DNA of 64,000 nt from an uncultured virus (IMG/VR IMGVR_UViG_3300031673_000002). Taxonomy: Duplodnaviria > Heunggongvirae > Uroviricota > Caudoviricetes. This document shows, in pieces, positions 16,215 through 25,013 of this stretch. The position numbers were made by a program, and so were the translations under genes. Within the stretch, counting starts at the first letter, position 1, and each line of letters opens with the position of its first letter. The stretch lies in IMG/VR virus record IMGVR_UViG_3300031673_000002. One strand, written 5' to 3'. The notes below the pieces were generated by a model, which did not search any database, was not told where the DNA came from, and was given only the letters and a program-made list of their open reading frames with translations.

Positions 16215-18541
16215 TACGTTGCCTGCCTATCTAGGTTCGGGTAGCGCGTCTGCAACCACTCAACGAGTTTCTCGTAGGACACGCCGGGCGCGATGACGAT
16301 GACGTTCATCTGCCAGTCGCCATAGAAGGTTCCCGCCGGGCCGATGAACAGCCTGAGCTTTGTGCCAAGGTCTTCGGATCCTGCGTCGCCGGCCGCAGAG
16401 TTGCCGAGCGAGTCGCCGATGTGACTTGTTGCACCGTTGAACTCGCCAGCGATCCAGTTTGGTTTCGCGATCTGGTAGCTCTGCCACTTGACCCCGCCGG
16501 TCGCCGTCAGCACCGTGCCGGCGTCGATAAACGGGTCGGCCTCTGAGTTGGAGAATGTGCCTAGCCCGTTCAACGCAACGAGCCACTCCGTAGACGCGGT
16601 GCCAGACGATACGATCGATTTCCTTTGTGCGGAGAACTGAGCGCCAGGCTTCGGAGCACCGACGACCGCGAAGCCTGCCGGTTGTGCAATCGCAGAGAAG
16701 GCCGTTGTGCTCTCGGCGCCGACGTTGACGAAGTCCTGAACATAGCTGCCGGTTCCGTCTGGCCTGGGTGCGTTGGGGATCACCGGGAGACTGGCAGCTC
16801 TGCTTATGTACGGCAGGGTCGTCGCGCCGAGCACCGTCGCGCCGTCCTCGGTCCCGTAGTTTGGGATCACATATGGTCGCGCAACCCCGCCGATCATCCG
16901 TTCCGCGTCAAAGAAGAACGGAGCCGTTGCTGCCGTCGGCAATGTAGCGAGACGACGGTTGCGACGTAGCCAGTCCTGCACCTGCGCCGCTCGTGCCGCG
17001 TTGGCCTCGTTGACGCCTGTGTAGATGAGGAGATCGGACGTCTCTCCCTCGTAGTACCCGGCCCCGTTCTGTGCGCCGATCGACAGGTCGGCAGGATCGT
17101 TGTCGCCCTCGTCGGCGACACCGCTCGCGTTGCCATCGACGTACGTCGTGCCGCTGCCTGCGCTCGCGAGCGTGAGCGCCTGGATGTTGCACCATCGCTC
17201 TGCGCTCGCGAACGGGGCGAGCGTGTCGAGGTCGTCGCCGGCCTGCGCGGTGCCGAAGTCTCGGACCACCGCGTTGGATGAGTTGAGCCCGACGCTCCAC
17301 GCCAGCCCGGTGTCACTAGCGAAAATGTGCTGTGCAGCGCCGAGCCCCGCAGCCGCCGGTCGAATCATCGTCGCGAACAGATGATCGTCGCCCGTCATGG
17401 CAAACGTACCGTCGTCGACAGCGCGTGACGTCGTTCCGTTGAACTTGAACACGTTCCGTTCCGGACAGTCCGCGCTCTTGGCAACCTCGAACGCGGTGCC
17501 CGTAAGGTTCTCGCCACCGCTTCCCTTGTCGGTCGGGTTGACGTTCGCGGCCAGCGCGTAGTCGTCGGGCGAGTACCAGTGCAGAGGGTTGCCTGGCGCC
17601 ACGGCCTCAAACGGGAAGTTGTACTCCAGCAGCCACCCGGCCATCCCGAGGTGGTTGTCTGCGCCGTCGGTGATGTAGAAGTCATCGCCTTCGTTCTCCC
17701 ACATGATGAACTCAGCGAGGTCGAATCCGCCATACAGCGTCTCGTCGTAGCGACAGCCGAGCGTGATGCCGTCGAGAGTGTTCGTCCCGCTGCTGCCCGT
17801 GATGTGGCGCGCGCGTTCGACGTTGAGCGCTCCGTTGGCGCCGAACCGCCCGACGACGCGCACCCACTTCTCCTCCTCGATCGCCGCGCCGCTTGTCTGT
17901 GACGCGCCCGAGTTGATCATCCAGTCGGCGCCGCTTCCGGTCGCGTTCGCCGACAGGGTCATGCGGTTGGTCGCGTCGTCGCCGTCGAGGACGTGCTGCA
18001 CGGCAGCCGTCGCCGCGCGCATACGGATCACCATTGCAAAGAAACATCCTGTTGCCCGCGACGTCGTCAACGATCCCTGCAACGCCTCAAGGTTGGCGGC
18101 GTCAAACTCGATGTACTGCCTGCCGTCGATGGCACCGCCGACAGCGAGCAGACATTGTGGCCCGTTCGACGAGCCCGGCACGGTCAGGTCGCCGGTCGCG
18201 TCGCCGAGCTGGCCGGTAAGTGCCGCGTTAGGTAGCGACGTCACCAGCCCGAGCGCCTGCGCCTGGATGTTGTACCAGACGATCGGTCGTCCACCGTACG
18301 TGTTGGCGGACAGGTACGCCGCCCCTGCGCCGCCCGAGAAACCCCAGTCGTCGTCGAAGTTTTCATCATACGTGCTCTCGGCCGCCGAGAAGTCGACAGG
18401 GGATTCGATGACCTCGATGCCTTCCCAATCGGTGTTGTTGTTCGTCTCGAAATCCTCAAAGAACGACCCAGCAGAACCGAAGTCTAGGTTGGTCTGCGCG
18501 AGAAACGCTGGGTCTGCGAGGATTATGTTTCGAGAAGACAT
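16214..18541 (-). CDS. Multi-LamG/concanavalin-like domain virion protein (775 aa)
   Basis: Three repeats, each opening with a W/F-Y/F-x-A/P motif and closing with GxDLAEFIMW, GETSDLLIY and WQMNVIVI respectively; acidic N-terminal linker. Confidence 0.7.
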   Translation of the reverse strand: MSSRNIILADPAFLAQTNLDFGSAGSFFEDFETNNNTDWEGIEVIESPVDFSAAESTYDENFDDDWGFSGGAGAAYLSANTYGGRPIVWYNIQAQALGLVTSLPNAALTGQLGDATGDLTVPGSSNGPQCLLAVGGAIDGRQYIEFDAANLEALQGSLTTSRATGCFFAMVIRMRAATAAVQHVLDGDDATNRMTLSANATGSGADWMINSGASQTSGAAIEEEKWVRVVGRFGANGALNVERARHITGSSGTNTLDGITLGCRYDETLYGGFDLAEFIMWENEGDDFYITDGADNHLGMAGWLLEYNFPFEAVAPGNPLHWYSPDDYALAANVNPTDKGSGGENLTGTAFEVAKSADCPERNVFKFNGTTSRAVDDGTFAMTGDDHLFATMIRPAAAGLGAAQHIFASDTGLAWSVGLNSSNAVVRDFGTAQAGDDLDTLAPFASAERWCNIQALTLASAGSGTTYVDGNASGVADEGDNDPADLSIGAQNGAGYYEGETSDLLIYTGVNEANAARAAQVQDWLRRNRRLATLPTAATAPFFFDAERMIGGVARPYVIPNYGTEDGATVLGATTLPYISRAASLPVIPNAPRPDGTGSYVQDFVNVGAESTTAFSAIAQPAGFAVVGAPKPGAQFSAQRKSIVSSGTASTEWLVALNGLGTFSNSEADPFIDAGTVLTATGGVKWQSYQIAKPNWIAGEFNGATSHIGDSLGNSAAGDAGSEDLGTKLRLFIGPAGTFYGDWQMNVIVIAPGVSYEKLVEWLQTRYPNLDRQAT

Positions 18542-18544
18542 CCG

Positions 18545-18805
18545 TTACTCCGTGTCTACCGCAAGGACGTCGGTGAGGTCCACAGGTACCAGGTCTCGAT
18601 ACCCGAACGCGCTGAGCTTGGCGGCGAACAACGCCTGGTCAAAGACAACAAGGTCTCCCATCGCAACCGTCATCTTCATGGCAGCGGGGCTTGAGTACCC
18701 GAAGCCGTAAGCAACAGCGGAGGCAAGATGGCCCGGCTGTACGTGCGGGTAGCGTGGCCCTAGGTACCGACGCACTCGACGCGCGTCTTCAGCGATCGTC
18801 GACAT
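18545..18805 (-). CDS. Small protein with Glyoxalase_8-like helical N-terminus
   Basis: ARRVRRYL..HLASAVAYGFGYSS pattern; ATG at 18805 preceded by GAGGG. Confidence 0.45.
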   Translation of the reverse strand: MSTIAEDARRVRRYLGPRYPHVQPGHLASAVAYGFGYSSPAAMKMTVAMGDLVVFDQALFAAKLSAFGYRDLVPVDLTDVLAVDTE

Positions 18806-19343
18806 CTTCGCTACCCTCATTGAATAGAAGCCAAGCATCTAAGAGGCGATTACCCTCTTCTCGCCACCACACTATAAAGGTATCCCAGGACCTATCTAAT
18901 ATGAAGGAATTAAGATCAGGGAACCCTGTCCTAACATTGTCGACGTCGCCACCATTCAGAACGTCTCGCCATTTATCTGCTCCTTGGATGTAGATGATGG
19001 TCAGCTTCAGGGCCACGGCAGTAGCGTGCTCTGCTTGCGCACCGAAGGACCGCTCCCAGCCAGGAAGCATGGCGATGTGGGTCGCGTGGAGGCAGATCCA
19101 AGCGAGGTCTTCACTGAGCGCGGCTCGGAGCGAGAAGCCCTGCTTGGCAGCTTCGGACGGGTCTCCATTGGGATTGCGATTGAAGAAGTCCTCACCATAG
19201 ACCTTACGGTCGTGGCTCGCCGGGTTGAATACCTCGAAACCCAGGCCCGCGAGTTTGGCCTCTGCCTCGTCGAACGCGGGAGCGTTGAAATTCGGGTAGC
19301 CCGTCATCGGACCTGCGATGTAGATGTGCCCCTGCTCGGTCAT
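18789..19343 (-). CDS. DUF4406 (nucleoside deoxyribosyltransferase-like fold) protein
   Basis: IYIAGPMTGYPNFNAPAF..VFNPA..MLPGWERSFGAQAE signature. Confidence 0.85.
   Translation of the reverse strand: MTEQGHIYIAGPMTGYPNFNAPAFDEAEAKLAGLGFEVFNPASHDRKVYGEDFFNRNPNGDPSEAAKQGFSLRAALSEDLAWICLHATHIAMLPGWERSFGAQAEHATAVALKLTIIYIQGADKWRDVLNGGDVDNVRTGFPDLNSFILDRSWDTFIVWWREEGNRLLDAWLLFNEGSEDVDDR
18871..18899 (-). promoter_or_regulatory. Putative sigma70-type promoter for 18545-18805, inside the DUF4406 3' end
   Basis: TTAGAT-N17-TATAGT on the minus strand in an AT-rich patch. Confidence 0.45.
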
Positions 19344-19352
19344 CCAGGTCTC

Positions 19353-19724
19353 CTACTTGTCGTGCTTTGATAGAAGGGCGGAAAGGACGCCACCGATGAT
19401 GTCTTCCTTGTCCTTGGCGAGCTGGTGCCGGATGCCGGCGACTTCTGGCAACTCCATGAGGGCCTCGACAACATCGTCAACGGTTCCCCACCCGCGCTGC
19501 GCCAGGAAACGGTCGATGGTGATCGGTGGTTTATCGCTGTGAGCGCCGTGGTCGGCGCCCAGATACAGGAAGTTGAAGTAGGGACGGTCCGGCTTGCGCC
19601 CCGGGACCTTGAAGCCAAGCTCCACTGAATCCTTGGGGTTTCCTTTGCTTTCAAAGTAAGCATTGATCGACCTGGTCCTTACTTGGATACCAGGGGAAAG
19701 CTCTGGGTATTGGTAATCTGACAT
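19353..19724 (-). CDS. Hypothetical protein
   Basis: ATG at 19724 overlaps the upstream TGA (TGATG). Confidence 0.6.
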   Translation of the reverse strand: MSDYQYPELSPGIQVRTRSINAYFESKGNPKDSVELGFKVPGRKPDRPYFNFLYLGADHGAHSDKPPITIDRFLAQRGWGTVDDVVEALMELPEVAGIRHQLAKDKEDIIGGVLSALLSKHDK

Positions 19725-20125
19725 CAGACGAACCCCAATCCGTTGCAGGTGTTGCAGCCACGTCCGCGACAAGCCGCGCACTGTCCAGCGATCTTTGACA
19801 GCGCGTCACGCAACATGATGAGCGGGAGCGTCTTCCCTACGTAGTTTTGCAGGGAAGCGTGTCGACCTCTGCTCGACGCTGCTGACAACGTCTTGTTGAC
19901 GATATCAGCCAACTTGGATCCTGCGGTTCCAGGTCCGCACTTGAAGCTGGTGAGGGCGTCATCTAGTGGCATCACCCCGTTGGGTGTTCTGATCTGGATG
20001 GAGAAGGACCCGTTGTCCTCGACCATACGTACCGTCGAGGAGAACTTCAGCGAAGCACAGAAGCCGGTAGAGGCCGCTGGCCGGTTCCCTCGACCACAGC
20101 AGCTTCGCCGAGGAGCTGGCGGCAT
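19724..20125 (-). CDS. Hypothetical protein with C-terminal DnaJ-type CxxCxGxG zinc finger
   Basis: CAACRGRGCNTCNGLG at the C-terminus; TGATG coupling at both ends. Confidence 0.6.
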   Translation of the reverse strand: MPPAPRRSCCGRGNRPAASTGFCASLKFSSTVRMVEDNGSFSIQIRTPNGVMPLDDALTSFKCGPGTAGSKLADIVNKTLSAASSRGRHASLQNYVGKTLPLIMLRDALSKIAGQCAACRGRGCNTCNGLGFV

Positions 20126-20322
20126 CACTTTGCTGCCTCGAACCAACCCAGGCGGGTACAGGATTCGATCACAGAGCCAGAGAGAGGGCGGTCCTCTACG
20201 CTACACCTCGAAGGTGAGGTGCTGCTTCCCGCTGCGTAGTGCGAACAGTCCAGGCAGGGAGAGGATCGGGACTCGATGTCGACGGTGATTTCTATTGGCT
20301 CGTCGTCGATGAGGATGCGCAT
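20125..20322 (-). CDS. Small Cys-rich hypothetical protein
   Basis: CLDCSHY..C..C in 65 aa. Confidence 0.55.
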   Translation of the reverse strand: MRILIDDEPIEITVDIESRSSPCLDCSHYAAGSSTSPSRCSVEDRPLSGSVIESCTRLGWFEAAK

Positions 20323-20353
20323 AGCGATACCTATCCCGTACTACACGGTCTGT

Positions 20354-20851
20354 CTAGTCGTCTTGGTCTTGGGAGAGCGACCCAAGTAGCAACTTAGCCT
20401 CGCTCTCTACCAGAGATTCGGGTGGCCTGCGCCGCTGCCAAATCATCCCGCCATGAGAGATGACAAGAGCGCGTGCTCCTTCCGTCTCAGTGAGGATCGA
20501 CTTCTTGGCTTTTGGGGACATCACCCAGAAGTGACCCGAGTCGTGCGGAACGAGGATCACAGCATCCTCATCTGCCTGTATCTCGTACATCCCATGCAGG
20601 AGGGGCATCAGTTCGTCTTTGGTGACCTTTTGGATTGGCTGGAGTATGAAGCATCCTCCGTTGTCGTTCTGGTTCTCACGAACGATCTCGACGAGCCAAT
20701 GCTCGTCGTGATGCGGCCAGGGCGACTCCGTTGGGTAACGGTTGTCGATGAAGCCGATCTTACGCAACGATCGTGAGTACATCCGGTTGCGGCCGTTGTC
20801 CTCAGGCTCTCCTGTGCGGTGGTTACGGATGAACTGGACGATGGTCTTCAT
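20354..20851 (-). CDS. Hypothetical protein (possible small beta-barrel N-terminus)
   Basis: MKTIVQFIRN start overlaps the upstream stop (ATGA) with AAGG upstream. Confidence 0.65.
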   Translation of the reverse strand: MKTIVQFIRNHRTGEPEDNGRNRMYSRSLRKIGFIDNRYPTESPWPHHDEHWLVEIVRENQNDNGGCFILQPIQKVTKDELMPLLHGMYEIQADEDAVILVPHDSGHFWVMSPKAKKSILTETEGARALVISHGGMIWQRRRPPESLVESEAKLLLGSLSQDQDD

Positions 20852-21141
20852 TTGGACCTTCTCTTCATGACCGCTAGGCACTCACCCAACGTGACATCAT
20901 CGGAGGGTCCGTACACGAGCGACGAGCTATCCCACCCCCCGCGCGGCTGGTGGTCGTCGGTAACCGCCTCAGAGGCTTGATATGAGTCGAAGGGTCGGAA
21001 CACCCGGTTGTCGAACTCCATCTTGGCGAACTCCTCTAGGTCCTCCTGGACAGGCGGCTCCGGCCCAAAGGTATAGAAGGCCACCGTCACCGACGCAGTA
21101 CACAGCCAGAGTTTGGCTTCAGGATCGTTGTCGGTGGTCAT
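20848..21141 (-). CDS. Hypothetical protein
   Basis: 97-aa ORF in an overlapping-gene run. Confidence 0.6.
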   Translation of the reverse strand: MTTDNDPEAKLWLCTASVTVAFYTFGPEPPVQEDLEEFAKMEFDNRVFRPFDSYQASEAVTDDHQPRGGWDSSSLVYGPSDDVTLGECLAVMKRRSK

Positions 21142-21313
21142 GGGGATGTAATCCTTCAGGCAGCTCTCTGCGCTGCTCGTGAGTTAGCTTAGACCAAGCC
21201 ACGTCGAGGTCGACGAGATAATCGTCTTCCTCTTGCGCAGTCAGGTTCCCTTGTCGCAACCTCTGTGAATAGCGAATGAAGAGAGCGTGGTAGATAGCTT
21301 GGTGGTCTTTCAC
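21119..21313 (-). CDS. Hypothetical protein
   Basis: 64-aa ORF in an overlapping-gene run. Confidence 0.5.
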   Translation of the reverse strand: MKDHQAIYHALFIRYSQRLRQGNLTAQEEDDYLVDLDVAWSKLTHEQRRELPEGLHPHDHRQRS

Positions 21314-21340
21314 TTCTTCACGGCGCCGATTCGATCCTGC

Positions 21341-21556
21341 CTACGCCGTCTTCTTGGCCTTCTGCTTGGCCTTCCACGTCTTGCGGTGAGCCTTGCGCTC
21401 GTCCGTGCTCATGGCTTTGAGCTTGTGCTGACGCTCCGTCTTGCCGTTCGGGTCGCCTACGTGGTGACGCGGACGCCCACCACCACCAACGGCTTCCAAC
21501 ACCTCCTCAAGATTGACGAGGGTGCTTCCTGACTCTTCTACTTCTTCTGCGCTCAC
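21341..21556 (-). CDS. Small protein with Lys-rich C-terminus
   Basis: GTG at 21556 overlaps the MazG stop (GTGA), with GGAGA upstream. Confidence 0.5.
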   Translation of the reverse strand: MSAEEVEESGSTLVNLEEVLEAVGGGGRPRHHVGDPNGKTERQHKLKAMSTDERKAHRKTWKAKQKAKKTA

Positions 21557-22131
21557 TGGTTCTCCTTGCGGTTGATGCTGGCCTCGGTACTGAATCCCTC
21601 CGGGTACCTGAGCCTGAGTTTCTCGATATTGGCTTCCAGGACATCGCTGAGTGAGATCCCGGTCTGGTGGCAACACAAACGGGTGTGCCCGAAGCACGCG
21701 CCTACCAAGAGGCGCAGCTTCTGCGTGTCTAGGTCGTGGCCGTGGCAGACGACCTTCTTGATGTAGTCAGCCGTGTTGCAGGCGGCGATGGTCAGCGAGA
21801 TGTGCGGCGAGATGTAGTCTCGCGCCATGTTCGCGAATTCGTCGAGGTCGAAGCCGGCCTGCTCGCAAAGCAGCGCGATGTACCACATCACATCGCCCAA
21901 CTCTTTGGTGAGAACTTCAAGATCGACCTTGGGCTCGATCCCCTTATCATCGGGATTGAAGGCGAAGGCGAAGGTGGTGGGGGAGTACGATCCGTCCCGC
22001 AGAAGTTCGAGAACCTCACCGGCTTCGCCTGCGAGCCCAAGAGCCCAGTTCACGTATCCGAAGTTCGGATCTGCGAGGGCCGAGTCGGACGCTGTCCGGC
22101 GGGCCAGCTTCTGGTACTCACCTGGGGTCAT
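21553..22131 (-). CDS. mazG: MazG-like nucleotide pyrophosphohydrolase with internally duplicated helical unit
   Basis: EYQKLARRT..LGLAGEAGEV..KELGDVMWYIA..NIEKLRLRYPEGFS. A second degenerate unit (ACNTADYIKKVVCHGHDLD) lacks the acidic residues. Confidence 0.85.
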   Translation of the reverse strand: MTPGEYQKLARRTASDSALADPNFGYVNWALGLAGEAGEVLELLRDGSYSPTTFAFAFNPDDKGIEPKVDLEVLTKELGDVMWYIALLCEQAGFDLDEFANMARDYISPHISLTIAACNTADYIKKVVCHGHDLDTQKLRLLVGACFGHTRLCCHQTGISLSDVLEANIEKLRLRYPEGFSTEASINRKENQ

Positions 22132-22328
22132 GTCAATCCTTCCTTCTCGGCCCACCAAGAGGCCACTACGACCTCGCCTTCGTGGCCTTCTTCGTAGACT
22201 TCACTGTCGTCGTGGATGACAGCGATCGGGATCCACTTCTCCTCACCAAGCTCGTCGAGCGAGACGAGAAGGGCTTTGTCCGTGGCGCGCTTCACGGCGC
22301 CGATACCGAGTTCCGTTCCTTGGCTCAT
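22128..22328 (-). CDS. Conserved small phage beta-barrel protein
   Basis: TDKALLV..EKWIP..WWAEKEGL motif seen in many small phage proteins. Confidence 0.7.
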   Translation of the reverse strand: MSQGTELGIGAVKRATDKALLVSLDELGEEKWIPIAVIHDDSEVYEEGHEGEVVVASWWAEKEGLT

Positions 22329-22885
22329 GGGGATTCCTCTGCTGTAGTCGCATGGTTTTCAACCACACTCTCGCCTTCAAGCAAAAAGTCGAGTGCGTCG
22401 TCGTCACTACACACGAGGTGGCAACCGTTGGCCAGCACGCGATGACCATCGCCTAGGACGATCAGCCACTCATGGTAGGTGTAGTCTTCTGGGTTAATGA
22501 TAGAGGGGGGAAGAACACTAAGGTACGTGCTCGTTCTTCCTGGTACGTAGACACGTCTGCTCGTTTCGATTTCCTCGACCATGGACATGGACCTCTCGTA
22601 ACGGAGAGAGGGGGCACCGGGGATAACGTGCGCGTACGGGGCTACCAGCGACCACAGCGCGTCTTGCCGCGTCCCTGCGTCTGCCCGCATACCAGGCAGA
22701 AACATCGTGTTGGTAGCGTCCTCGCAGGGAGCATGGGCTTGGGCTTGGGTTCCTTCCCACAGAATAGAGTCACCTTCCCACACAGACAGGATCTCGACCC
22801 CGTAGCTGTGCTCGTACGGGTTACCCTCATAGTCGTAGTCGGTCTCGACGAACGTCTCGATGCGCTTGGTAAGGCGACGGCTCAT
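22325..22885 (-). CDS. Hypothetical protein
   Basis: 186 aa with ATGA overlaps at both ends. Confidence 0.65.
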   Translation of the reverse strand: MSRRLTKRIETFVETDYDYEGNPYEHSYGVEILSVWEGDSILWEGTQAQAHAPCEDATNTMFLPGMRADAGTRQDALWSLVAPYAHVIPGAPSLRYERSMSMVEEIETSRRVYVPGRTSTYLSVLPPSIINPEDYTYHEWLIVLGDGHRVLANGCHLVCSDDDALDFLLEGESVVENHATTAEESP

Positions 22886-24081
22886 GACACGAAGGTCCTC
22901 TCTCGGTAGCGCTCGACTGCGAGCTTGACGATCTTGCGGGCTTCCCCCCGTAGTTGCTCGTTGTCGTGATGGATGAGCCCGGCGAGCACGTCGTCCTCAA
23001 CGTCCTTGAGGTCCGCCAGGAGAGGGTCGAAGGCTTCAAGGGCCACGACAGTACCCTCGGCATCTACCGCGCCCTGAGCGGCTCTCACGGCTTTCTCGGG
23101 GGTACTGTGGTCGGAGACGACCTTTAGGGTCCGCACCACCTGCGCGTGACGTTTCGTCGGGAGCACGAGCCCCTTGGCGAGCTTGATGAGCGCGTCCTTC
23201 GGCAACCCCTCCAGGTCCTCCTCGCGAAGGACCGTGATGAGCGGAGCGAACTGGCTGTCCTCCGTGTCGAGCCTCACGTATCGCTTCCCGTGAAAGTACC
23301 AACCCCGGCGCTCCGTCCAGTCCATGGCGACAATGAGCGCTCCACGATCGGAATCCTCACCGAAGTCCATTTGGATCGGGCTGCCTGCATACCAGCCGTT
23401 CGCGCTTTCCGGAAGCGTAGGAAGACGCTGACGACGATGAATGTCCCCGAACGCCCACCACTTCACAGCCGGTGCGGTGGCTGCCTTCGCCAAGGAGATC
23501 CCTTTGTCTTTAGGAGCATCGGGTCGCCAGTTCATGTCGTTTCTCACGCAAGAGAAGACAGTGGCGTGGCCCATGAAGATGAAGGCGTCATTGGGGTCGG
23601 TGCTGGCTGCCCATGATTCGATCCACGGCTGGTCCTCACTCAACTCGACCGGAGCCCCCAGGATCTTCAACGGGGTCGCCGTGCTCTCCGCCTTGTGCTT
23701 CACAGTCCACAACGCAGGTGCCCCCGCAAACGCGATGTGAAGGTTCGGGATCTCGTCGGTGTTCTCTGTGATCTCAGCCAGGAAGTCGAGGTTGCTACCG
23801 CCGGCTTTGATGAGGTCGTGGTTGCCGGGGATGACGTAGGTAGGGACGGGCGCGGAGGAGAGCTTGCGGGCTACGATCTCACGCTCGCCGTGTGTCACAC
23901 TCTTGGCGTCGAACACATCGCCACAGATGAGGATGCCCTGACACTTCTGGGCGACAGCAGTCTCGAACAGCGCGTCGAAGAGGTGCTCTGCGCGCAGAAG
24001 CGCATACGCCTCACCCCAAGCAGATCGGCCCCTACCGATGTGCAGATCACCTGTCTGAAGAAAGCGGATACGGTGTTTCAT
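22882..24081 (-). CDS. SbcD/Mre11-like metallophosphoesterase nuclease
   Basis: GDLHIG, GDVFD, PGNHD, GH, GDIH and YAGSPIQMDFGE motifs. Confidence 0.9.
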   Translation of the reverse strand: MKHRIRFLQTGDLHIGRGRSAWGEAYALLRAEHLFDALFETAVAQKCQGILICGDVFDAKSVTHGEREIVARKLSSAPVPTYVIPGNHDLIKAGGSNLDFLAEITENTDEIPNLHIAFAGAPALWTVKHKAESTATPLKILGAPVELSEDQPWIESWAASTDPNDAFIFMGHATVFSCVRNDMNWRPDAPKDKGISLAKAATAPAVKWWAFGDIHRRQRLPTLPESANGWYAGSPIQMDFGEDSDRGALIVAMDWTERRGWYFHGKRYVRLDTEDSQFAPLITVLREEDLEGLPKDALIKLAKGLVLPTKRHAQVVRTLKVVSDHSTPEKAVRAAQGAVDAEGTVVALEAFDPLLADLKDVEDDVLAGLIHHDNEQLRGEARKIVKLAVERYRERTFVS

Positions 24082-25013
24082 CCGAACACTCGGGGCATGA
24101 CGTCTGCGGTGCGTTGTCCAACAAGATTCCCGTACTCAGGATTGAGTTCAATGCCCAGCCAATTCATACCGTGCTCCTGCGCCACCCGCGCCGTCGTGCC
24201 CGAGCCCATGAACGGATCGAGTACCACCCCACCACGCGGGCAGCCGGCCAGAATGCACGGTTCGATCAGCTTGGGAGGGAAGACGGCGAAGTGGGCGCCC
24301 TTGTAAGGCTTGGTGGCAATGGTCCAGACGGAGCGCCGGTTGCGGAACCCCGTGCCTTCGCGTCGTGCGAGACCGCTGTTGCCGTTTGTACTCTTCTCGT
24401 CTGGGTGAAGGGCTGGGCCACGCTTACGACCGCACACCTCCGGCTCCTTGACTGCCTCGTGGTCGTAGTAGTATTTGGGCTTCTTGGTGAGCAGGAAGAT
24501 GTACTCGTGCGCCTTGGTGGGTCGGTCGCGCACGCTCTCCGGCATCGGGTTGGGCTTGTGCCAGATGATGTCGGAGCGCAGGTACCAACCGTCCGCCTGT
24601 AGTGCGAGCGCGACTCGCCACGGGATGCCGACTTGGTCTTTGTGCTTGAGGCCCTTGGGAGGGGTACGTGCCGGTTGCCAATCGGCGGCAGGCACTCGTT
24701 TACCTTCGTACTTTCCTGCTGCCTTGGCCCCTCCCTGCGCAGCATAGCTATCGCCAAGGTTCAGCCACAGCGTCCCGTCGTCGCGCAGAACGCGGCGCAC
24801 CTCGCGGAACACTTTGACGAGGTTGGCGACGTACTCATCAGGCGTCGCTTCAAGCCCAAGCTGGTCGGCCTGCCCACCGTAGTCCCTCAGTCCCCAGTAC
24901 GGGGGTGAGGTAACGCAGCAATGGACCTGTCCACTAGCGAGCCTGCGTAGTGTCTCCCATGCCTCGCCGATGAATAGCTTGTTCCTTCCGGGCTTGAGCC
25001 GAAGGCGCTTCAT
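24078..25013 (-). CDS. Orphan beta-class N4-cytosine/N6-adenine DNA methyltransferase
   Basis: TSPPY catalytic motif precedes HFAVFP and DPFMGSGTT (SAM-binding). Confidence 0.92.
   Translation of the reverse strand: MKRLRLKPGRNKLFIGEAWETLRRLASGQVHCCVTSPPYWGLRDYGGQADQLGLEATPDEYVANLVKVFREVRRVLRDDGTLWLNLGDSYAAQGGAKAAGKYEGKRVPAADWQPARTPPKGLKHKDQVGIPWRVALALQADGWYLRSDIIWHKPNPMPESVRDRPTKAHEYIFLLTKKPKYYYDHEAVKEPEVCGRKRGPALHPDEKSTNGNSGLARREGTGFRNRRSVWTIATKPYKGAHFAVFPPKLIEPCILAGCPRGGVVLDPFMGSGTTARVAQEHGMNWLGIELNPEYGNLVGQRTADVMPRVFG

Noticed and set aside
292..19370. Long plus-strand ORFs (e.g. 292-969, 1214-2392, 4820-5860, 17763-18710)
   Set aside because: These are antisense shadows of well-supported minus-strand genes, expected in high-GC DNA, with no recognisable motifs.
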